A DNA stretch of 55,519 nt, from the NCBI GenBank assembly GCA_050506795.1, contig JBJHCF010000035.1:1-55519 (forward strand). Reading direction: 5' to 3'. A program made the translations under genes and the position numbers. Source of the stretch: Opitutia bacterium. GTDB taxonomy: Bacteria; Verrucomicrobiota; Verrucomicrobiia; Opitutales; T3Sed10-336. The stretch's first letter is position 1, and every line of letters starts with the position of its first letter. This document shows, one piece after another, positions 38,901 through 45,747 of this stretch. Below the pieces are notes generated by a model. The model saw nothing but the letters and a program-made list of their open reading frames with translations. It did no database searches and had not been told where the DNA came from.

Positions 38901-41330
38901 TCTAACAGCGACAGCACCCCGTCGGTAACGTACCAACTGAACCGCCTCGGGCAGGTCGAGGAGGTCTCCGACGGTTCCGGGACGCGCGAATTGAAATATA
39001 CGGACCGTGGCAAGCTGAATGGGGAGGAGTACGTATCGGGTCCTCTCGCCGGAAGAGGGGTTGAACACACTTATCATCCCGATATCGACCGTTTGACTTC
39101 TATCAAGGTTGTCGACGGGACAACTGTGCTCCACACCCAAAGCTACGGTTATCACATGACGAATAACCGCCTGGAAACTGTTTCAGAAGGAAATTTCAGT
39201 ATTGATTATTGGTACGGGGGCCAAACGTATCGTGTAGTTCGCAAAAGTTTTCAACGAGGCTCAACGTTTGTCGAGGAATCCGGGAGGCATCTCGATCGAC
39301 TGAATCGTTACATTCACAGCTATCTTGGGCCGGATTGGCTGACATCCAACGCTCCCCTTTTGCACGAGTATGACTATAATGCGGCGAATCAACGGGTCGG
39401 AATCGAACGGCAGGGAGTTGACGAGCCGATCTGGCGGTGGGACTACGTGTACGACTCGCTCGGTCAGGTGACTTCGGCCCAGCGCCACTGGGGAGAGCTC
39501 GGCGGAACCTCCGATCCGGTTCAGGGCCAGCAGTACACGTACCTCTTTGACGATATTGGCAACCGCACACAAACCACAACGAACGGCGAGACAGTAAATT
39601 ACACGCTTGCGACCGGTTCCTCCGCCGGACTCAACCAGTATGCTGAGCGCGACGTGCCGGACGTGATTGACGTGCTCGGTTTTTCATTGTACCCTGCAGG
39701 TCAATCCACTTTAGAGGTGAATGGCGTGACCGCAGACCATCGAAAGCAATCTTACTTTTACCACCAGCTCGGTAACCTGGGGAATTCGAGCAGCGACCTG
39801 TTCGAGGAGGTCGAGGTTATCGAATACTATCTCGGTAATCCAGTCGCGGAGGACAGCGGGTACTATTTTGTCGCCGAAGACCCGGAGGTGTTCGATTATG
39901 ACGACGATGGGAACCTCCTCTCTGACGGGAGGTGGGAATATAGGTGGGATGCGGAGAACAGGCTTATTGAAGTGGAGGAAATCAGAACGGCGGAGATTCA
40001 GCAGGTCAGACGTAGAAAACTCACGATAATCTACGACGACCAGGGGCGCAAGGTGCGTACTCAGCAGGTTCTGTGGCATCCCGGCAGGCAAGTGTGGGGA
40101 AATTCCACCAACCGTCATTATGTCTACAGCGGATTCAATATTATTGGTGAGGGCTACGTGAATCCGAATAGTAGCGGAAATTGGAACATCGAAACTACGT
40201 ACCTATGGGGCCTCGACGAAGTAGAAATGAATGACTACCGCGTGACTAACAACTGGAGTTCAATAGGCCACTCTTCCGGCGGGGTTGGGGGGTTGCTTCT
40301 GATCAGCGATCACGACCTGAATGAAGCCCATTTCGTACACAGTGATGGAAACGGAAGCGTTGTTGCCCTCATCGATGCCGATGGAAACGGGGAAATTTCT
40401 GCGATGTACGACTATGATCCCTTCGGGAACCTCATCCGTGCCAGCGGCGAAGCCGCCGAACTGAACCCGTTCCGCTTCAGCACGAAGTACCACCACGAGT
40501 TCTATGGATTGTCCTATTACGGCTTTCGGTTTTACAGCCCCGGACAAGGGCGGTTCCTAAACAGGGATCCGATCGGGGAACGTGGTGGGTTGAATTTGTA
40601 CGCGTTTGTGGGGAACGATCCGGTGAATCGGTGGGATTGGTTGGGATTATCGAGCAGTGCTTTTACTCCAGATCGATGGGTGAAGATCCAATGGTTTCCT
40701 GGAATCGAGAAGGCGCTTCGATTGGACCTTCAAATAAAGGAGCGGCATGCAGGGAGTCAGCGATGGAATCGGATTGGACGCCAAAGACTTGCAGCGGCAC
40801 GAGGCCAAGGGATCACTGGTGGCCTAAGAGGGGCGGGGCATATCGGCGTTCAGGCTGCAGTAACATTGGTTTATAACCGGATACAGAGCCGTCTTAGCGA
40901 ACGTATGGAATCTGTCGGCTATTGTCATAGGATCAATCTGCACTATTCCGCTTTCCGCCATCAAGACGCAGGCCAGCTTCCTCTTGGTGCATCTGATATT
41001 CCCGGAAGTCCTTACGGTGAACAGTGGGTGAGTTTTGGACGTTCGTTCACATTGCCGGAAGAGTTCGGGGGTAGAGTGGATGGACGAAATATTGATATCC
41101 TTGGCAGAGGAGAGGTGGAAGCTACGCCTAAGTTACATTACAGGATTTGTAGTGACAATCCGTGTCAATTTGAAAGTTGGTATTGGCGACCTTTGGGTAG
41201 CGTGGATGAATTTTTTGAAGCAATGACAAGTGAGGGTAACGTTGAGGATCTTTGGGATAAGGTGTATGTCCATAGCTGTGACGCTGCATCGAAATCCAAT
41301 GAGTTTTGTGCCAATGTTGGATGCAAATAG
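38895..41330 (+). CDS. 5'-truncated (orphan) Rhs/YD-repeat core with variable C-terminal putative toxin domain
   Basis: YD repeats (YVYDSLGQVT, FDDIGNRT, YDDDGNLLSDG); core YDYDPFG..NPFRFSTKY..YYGFRFYSP..GRFLNRDPIGERGGLNLY.FVGNDPVNRWDWLGL; then 226 unique residues. The only start is a TTG inside the element IR. Confidence 0.9.
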   Translation: MPSNSDSTPSVTYQLNRLGQVEEVSDGSGTRELKYTDRGKLNGEEYVSGPLAGRGVEHTYHPDIDRLTSIKVVDGTTVLHTQSYGYHMTNNRLETVSEGNFSIDYWYGGQTYRVVRKSFQRGSTFVEESGRHLDRLNRYIHSYLGPDWLTSNAPLLHEYDYNAANQRVGIERQGVDEPIWRWDYVYDSLGQVTSAQRHWGELGGTSDPVQGQQYTYLFDDIGNRTQTTTNGETVNYTLATGSSAGLNQYAERDVPDVIDVLGFSLYPAGQSTLEVNGVTADHRKQSYFYHQLGNLGNSSSDLFEEVEVIEYYLGNPVAEDSGYYFVAEDPEVFDYDDDGNLLSDGRWEYRWDAENRLIEVEEIRTAEIQQVRRRKLTIIYDDQGRKVRTQQVLWHPGRQVWGNSTNRHYVYSGFNIIGEGYVNPNSSGNWNIETTYLWGLDEVEMNDYRVTNNWSSIGHSSGGVGGLLLISDHDLNEAHFVHSDGNGSVVALIDADGNGEISAMYDYDPFGNLIRASGEAAELNPFRFSTKYHHEFYGLSYYGFRFYSPGQGRFLNRDPIGERGGLNLYAFVGNDPVNRWDWLGLSSSAFTPDRWVKIQWFPGIEKALRLDLQIKERHAGSQRWNRIGRQRLAAARGQGITGGLRGAGHIGVQAAVTLVYNRIQSRLSERMESVGYCHRINLHYSAFRHQDAGQLPLGASDIPGSPYGEQWVSFGRSFTLPEEFGGRVDGRNIDILGRGEVEATPKLHYRICSDNPCQFESWYWRPLGSVDEFFEAMTSEGNVEDLWDKVYVHSCDAASKSNEFCANVGCK

Positions 41331-41376
41331 AGCGCTGTCGTCCTGAGTGGTACATAAGTATTATATATAGTCGAAT

Positions 41377-42204
41377 ATGAGTACCTTGAATGCGAAATTG
41401 AAAGAAATTCTTCCTGCATTGTCGTTTATAATCGGGACTTCAGCTGTTTTGTTTTTAGGTGGTCTTGGCGCTGAAGGCATGATGAGAGGAGAAGACGAAG
41501 CGAAAGATATTTGGACAGTTCGCCACGAACGGTATTTATCCGAGGGTGCTCAAGCGGCAATTACACAGAGGTATTGGGATATTCAACGTCTTATAGAGAA
41601 AAAGAAATTCGGAAACGCCTTGGCGCTTTTGGCAAAGCATGAAGAAGAATTTCCGGGACATTGGAGTGTTTGGGCTCTCGCATTGAATACCTACAAAAAG
41701 ATGGGCGATTCAGATAACGCAAAAAAAGCGGCTTTGGCACTGATGACGAGTTCATATACCGCCGATGGCCTGAACTCGTTGCGCTTTATCGAACCGGCTT
41801 TATTCTTTCACGAAGAGGGGGATACCGAGTTTGCTGTGGAGATTCTAAGGTTCGGATGGAGTTACCTGGATAGAGTCGGAGAGTCCGATTGGACGTTGCT
41901 GGACCTCGAAGTCCGTATATTGCTTGAGTCCGGAAATTCAACGAACGCGCTGCGTCGCGTGAAAACGATTTCTGATGGATATCCAATCCGACCGGGCGGT
42001 GTGCATGATGTGAAAATCCGGCTTTTACGGCGACTTGCCGAGGAGGAGGGAAGGGAGGAATATCTTGAACGCGCCCGAGAGATCGAACGTGTAATAAGCG
42101 AATATGAAGAGGAAGATCGAAGGCTTAGGGAGGAATTTCGAGACTCATGGATGCGATCTGCTGAAGAAGTTGAGAGGACGCGGATGGAGGAAAGCGAAAA
42201 TTGA
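41377..42204 (+). CDS. Putative cognate immunity protein (signal/TM segment + TPR-like helices)
   Basis: Directly downstream of the Rhs C-terminus, same strand, lower GC; N-terminal hydrophobic segment; helical repeats. Confidence 0.65.
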   Translation: MSTLNAKLKEILPALSFIIGTSAVLFLGGLGAEGMMRGEDEAKDIWTVRHERYLSEGAQAAITQRYWDIQRLIEKKKFGNALALLAKHEEEFPGHWSVWALALNTYKKMGDSDNAKKAALALMTSSYTADGLNSLRFIEPALFFHEEGDTEFAVEILRFGWSYLDRVGESDWTLLDLEVRILLESGNSTNALRRVKTISDGYPIRPGGVHDVKIRLLRRLAEEEGREEYLERAREIERVISEYEEEDRRLREEFRDSWMRSAEEVERTRMEESEN

Positions 42205-42263
42205 CGTAACTAAACAAATGTTGCCGGTCAACTTCTCATGGTAAGGACAAATCGAAATAGGGT

Positions 42264-42279
42264 AGGCAAAAGGGGTCAG
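42264..42279 (+). repeat. Isolated outer half of the element end
   Basis: AGGCAAAAGGGGTCAG, 16/16 identical to the first 16 nt of the left IR, then unrelated sequence. Confidence 0.85.
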
Positions 42280-42323
42280 TAAATGTCCGGACAACCACCC
42301 TCTATACATGCCCGCCCTATCGG

Positions 42324-42426
42324 GGTATGATCCGAGGACATTGGTAACACTTTATCTGAGGACATCGGTTACACATTCTGACGGCAATTATGCCGTGGAA
42401 AACGACCGAACCGATGACCGAAAAAG
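42324..42426 (+). mobile_element. Remnant left end of an IS481-family element
   Basis: Two tandem 24-bp units (ATCCGAGGACATTGGTAACACTTT / ATCTGAGGACATCGGTTACACATT, 20/24), then ATG 42390 MPWKTTEPMTEK, a typical IS481 transposase start, cut after ~12 codons. Confidence 0.7.
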
Positions 42427-42755
42427 GACCAGGAACGGGTCAGGCTTAAGCGCTTAAGTATTCCACTTCCTGAATACCCCCCTTTTTTCCTCGACCCAAC
42501 GGGAACCAGCCCGCTCTTGGTTCCAATCGGCAACCCCCCCCTCGGGTCTCTCGGCGGGCCGGGATTGCCCTTGAAAGCTTGCCGGGCTTTTCCCGCGTCC
42601 GCGGGATGCTTCTGACGTCGTACCTTTCCCGACTGTTCGGATTTCCGGGGTTTGTCGATCTGTCTTTACCCGGTTGTATCACGTACCTGTTAACGCGGGC
42701 ATCCTGCCCGCCATGAATTCGTGTATTTCGCGTAGTTCGTGGTCAAAACTCCCGG

Positions 42756-42800
42756 AAAAAATCTCACGCCCACTCCCTTCGGGCGGAACCGGGCGTGAGA
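42756..42800 (-). terminator. Probable intrinsic terminator for minus-strand transcription (second copy at ~45269-45315)
   Basis: Stem TCTCACGCCC / GGGCGTGAGA next to an A6 tract (U tract on the minus strand); loop is long (19 nt). Confidence 0.4.
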
Positions 42801-42857
42801 ATTGAACCGATATTCGCCCAATTCAATTTTTGATAGTAAGCCGTTGCGGGAAAGGGG

Positions 42858-42883
42858 TTCGCCGGCTGAAGCCTGGCGCTACA
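42858..42883 (-). repeat. GTAG-type REP sequence
   Basis: Minus strand GTAG-CGCCAGGCT-TC-AGCCGGCG; identical at 55419-55444, one mismatch at 45373-45398. Confidence 0.7.
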
Positions 42884-43124
42884 TAGAGCCTAATACGCGA
42901 ACGCTGGTCGGCCTTCCTGTTCTCCGGTCTGTGGGTTGTGGTGGAACCGTTCTCTTCGGAACCGTTTCCCGAAGATAACTTGACATCCCCTGCGCCAGTA
43001 ATGCATTAATAATGTCAGGATGCATCGCCGATGCCGACGCGTGATGATAGCCGGCTTCATTGCGGCAATGAAATCGTTTTGATCCTTCGGGTGATGTGGG
43101 TCGGTATTTTTATACGTTAGACTA

Positions 43125-43232
43125 ATGAAGCCTCTGTCCGCTGTTTTGCTCTTGTTTATCCTGGTCGGAGGCGCCGGTGTTCTGTGGTTGATGTGGGATC
43201 CAGGGAAACCCCTGGCCGCGACCGAGGCGGGC
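43125..43232 (+). pseudogene. First 36 codons of a second copy of the DUF1549/1553 gene, cut by the element's left end
   Basis: MKPLSAVLLLFILVGGAGVLWLMWDPGKPLAATEAG versus MKPLSAALLLFILLGGAGVLWLMWDPGKPMAANEAG at 45640. Confidence 0.9.
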
Positions 43233-43236
43233 GGAA

Positions 43237-44270
43237 GGGCAAAAGGGGTCAGGCCGTTGTTTGTTGACGTTTGTCTTGCGTGAGGAAGACCAATAGCCAG
43301 TTTGAGCTGCATGGCAAGGAAGCTGCGAATTCAGTATCCCGGAGCGATGTATCACATCATTAATCGCGGGAACTACCGAAAAGATCTATTTGAGAGCGTG
43401 GGCGCAGCGGAGGCTTTCTTGAGGGTGCTGGGTGAAGCCGTTCCAAGGTTTGGCTGGAAGCTGCATGCGTACGTGCTGATGAGGAATCATTATCATCTGG
43501 CGTTGGAGACGCCGTCGCCGACCCTGGTACAGGGTATGCACTGGCTACAAAGCACCCTGGCCACCCGCTTCAATAGGTACCGGCGCGAGAGCGGTCACCT
43601 TTTCCAGGGGCGCTATAAGTCGATTTTAATCGAGGATCCGGCTGCATTGAGCCGGGTGGTTGATTACATTCACCTCAATCCGGTGCGAGCAGAGGTTGTG
43701 TCAGCCGAGCAGGTGGGCAACTACCGATGGAGCAGCCTGGCGCGTTTTTTGAAGGGAGGTCGGCTGCCGGGGTTGACGGCGGCCGATTGGTTGGCCGCCG
43801 GTGGAGGTTGGCGGGATGATGCGCTGGGATGGAAGGCTTATACGGAACGATTGGTGGAACTTGGCCGAGATGAAGCACGCTGGAAGATGGCGGGTCTGGA
43901 GGGGCTTTCCCGGGGTTGGGCGATTGGTAGTTCCGGCTGGCGAAGGAAGCTTGCGCAGGAGTATGCTCAACGTGTGCTGGAGCCGGGTTTGGAGCGGGGA
44001 GAGGTGCACGAGTTGCGCGAGAGTGCTTGGGGTCTCTGCCTGGAGGAAGAATTGGCGGCGTTGGGAAAAACGAAGACGGATTTGAACTGTCGTCCGCGAA
44101 AGCAGGCATGGAAGCTGGACCTGGCGCAACGTATCCGGGACAAGAGCGCCGCGCCCTACCGCTGGCTTGCGGAGGCCCTGGATATTGGAAGGCCCGAATC
44201 TCTTCGCAGTTACCTTTGCCGTCACAGAGGGATTAAGGATCAACGAACAACGGCCTGACCCCTTCTGCCT
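43237..44270 (+). mobile_element. 1034-bp Y1 HUH element with terminal inverted repeats (copy 2)
   Basis: Left end 43237-43267, right end 44240-44270 (28/31 complementary); same length as copy 1; no target duplication seen. Confidence 0.9.
43311..44258 (+). CDS. Y1 HUH transposase, copy 2
   Basis: Same motifs as copy 1; about 22 nt and 6 aa differences by manual comparison. Confidence 0.92.
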   Translation: MARKLRIQYPGAMYHIINRGNYRKDLFESVGAAEAFLRVLGEAVPRFGWKLHAYVLMRNHYHLALETPSPTLVQGMHWLQSTLATRFNRYRRESGHLFQGRYKSILIEDPAALSRVVDYIHLNPVRAEVVSAEQVGNYRWSSLARFLKGGRLPGLTAADWLAAGGGWRDDALGWKAYTERLVELGRDEARWKMAGLEGLSRGWAIGSSGWRRKLAQEYAQRVLEPGLERGEVHELRESAWGLCLEEELAALGKTKTDLNCRPRKQAWKLDLAQRIRDKSAAPYRWLAEALDIGRPESLRSYLCRHRGIKDQRTTA

Positions 44271-44376
44271 TCTACGCGTAAACTGACCGAAAAGATTGAA
44301 CGTTCCAAAGATTACTGATCAAGAGGCGGTTGCAATTTGGGACAGGTACTATTCTATGGGAACGGGTGGCTATCTG

Positions 44377-44766
44377 ATGAATAGGGCTCTTATAGTTTTT
44401 GGAATAGTATCCATTGTGGCGTTGTTAGCTCTTGCTGTGGTAAGCCTGCCGTCTTCAGTGAGAGAGAGTGCTTGGAAACAAGGGGCAGGTATTCATGTTC
44501 AGCCTGGAAAACCGGTCGTTTCACCCTCGGGAACTTATCTCCTTAGCATGATTTGTTCCGACGAGTTAAGCGCTCTGGGTAAGTGCCACTTTTTGATAAG
44601 AAGGCTTCCCCATGGCTCATTAGAGGAAATGTTTCCAGTTATAGAGTTTGGCCTAGAGAAGGATTTTGAGCTGTTTTGGACTGATGACGATGTCGTGATT
44701 ATGCATTACAGAGGAGGACTCCTTCAATGGGAGAAACTGCATGACGTATGGAACCTCCAACAGTAG
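44377..44766 (+). CDS. Low-GC hypothetical membrane-anchored protein, possible orphan immunity protein
   Basis: ATG 44377 MNRALIVFGIVSIVALLALAVV (TM segment); frame open from 44296; SPSG.Y and FWTDDD beta-strand motifs. Confidence 0.55.
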   Translation: MNRALIVFGIVSIVALLALAVVSLPSSVRESAWKQGAGIHVQPGKPVVSPSGTYLLSMICSDELSALGKCHFLIRRLPHGSLEEMFPVIEFGLEKDFELFWTDDDVVIMHYRGGLLQWEKLHDVWNLQQ

Positions 44767-44802
44767 GGACGTCGGAAAGACGTCAGGTAACTCTTTACGA
44801 TA

Positions 44803-44910
44803 TTCCACCCTTTTCGCCCTTTTTGCGGAGCGGCTTGCCGGAGCATTGGGAAGATTGCCAGGACTGGGGGCATTTTGTTTGCCCACGAAAGGCACGAAAC
44901 ACACGAAAAG
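44803..44910 (+). repeat. Three adjacent blocks of degenerate 9-nt periodic repeats
   Basis: TTCCACCCT TTTCGCCCT TTTTGCGG; CCGGAGCAT TGGGAAGAT TGCCAGGAC TGGGGGCAT; CACGAAAGG CACGAAACA CACGAAAAG. Confidence 0.6.
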
Positions 44911-44940
44911 GAGATGGAGAAACAGCCATCGCTGAAAGGA

Positions 44941-45747
44941 GACCAGGAACGGGTCAGGCTTAAGCGCTTAAGTGTTCCACTTCCTGAATACACCCCCTTT
45001 TTTCCTCGACCCAACGGGAACCGGCCCGCTCTTGGTTCCAATCGGCAGCCCCCCCTCGGGGTCTCTCGGCGGGCCGGGATTGCCCTTGAAAGCTTGCCGG
45101 GCTTTTCCCGCGTCCGCGGGATGCTTCTGACGTCGTACCTTTCCCGACTGTTGGGATTTCCGGGGTTTGTCGATCTGTCTTTACCCGGTTGTATCACGTA
45201 CCTGTTAACGCGGGCATCCTGCCCGCCATGAATTCGTGCATTTCGCGTAGTTCGTGGTCAAAACTCCCAAAAAAATCTCACGTCCACCCGCTTTAGGGCG
45301 GAACCGGGCGTGAGAATTGAACCGATATTCGCCCAATTCAATTTTTGATTGTAAGCCGTTGCGGGAAAGGGGTTCGCCGGCTGAAACCTGGCGCTACATA
45401 GAGCCTAATACGCCAACGCTGGTCGGCCTTCCGGTTCTCCGGTCTTTGGGTTGTAATGGAACCGTTCTCTTCGGAGCCGTTTCCCTAAGATAACTTGACA
45501 TCCCCTGTGCCAGTAATGCATTAATTGATATCAGGATGCATCGCCGATGCCGAGGCGTGATGATAGCCGGCTTCATGCGGCAGTGAAATCGTTTTGATCC
45601 TTCGGGTGATGTTGATTGGTACTTTTATACATTAGACTGATGAAGCCTCTGTCCGCTGCTTTGCTCTTGTTTATCCTGCTCGGAGGCGCCGGTGTTCTGT
45701 GGTTGATGTGGGATCCAGGGAAACCCATGGCCGCGAACGAGGCGGGC
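44941..45747 (+). repeat. 807-bp direct repeat, copy B (upstream region and 5' end of the intact DUF1549/1553 gene)
   Basis: Aligns with 42427-43232. Confidence 0.95.

Larger units (their letters stand above)
42427..43232 (+). repeat. 806-bp direct repeat, copy A (~95% identical to 44941-45747)
   Basis: Manual alignment from GACCAGGAACGGGTCAGGC to GAGGCGGGC; about 41 differences. Confidence 0.95.

Noticed and set aside
42446..42682. Minus-strand ORF MIQPGKDRST... present in both repeat copies
   Set aside because: The copies differ by indels and end in different frames; no family recognised; at most a gene remnant.
37415..44270. CRISPR array or integron attC interpretation of the 31-bp repeats
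   Set aside because: Spacing is irregular, orientations are mixed, and there is no cas gene, tyrosine integrase or attC-type structure in the window.
37867..44270. Composite DDE transposon formed by the two copies
   Set aside because: The protein has HUH/Tyr motifs rather than DDE, no target duplication is visible, and there is no tnpB.
45495..45525. TTGACA as a sigma70 promoter for the DUF1553 gene
   Set aside because: The -35 is perfect but there is no convincing -10 at 16-18 nt spacing.
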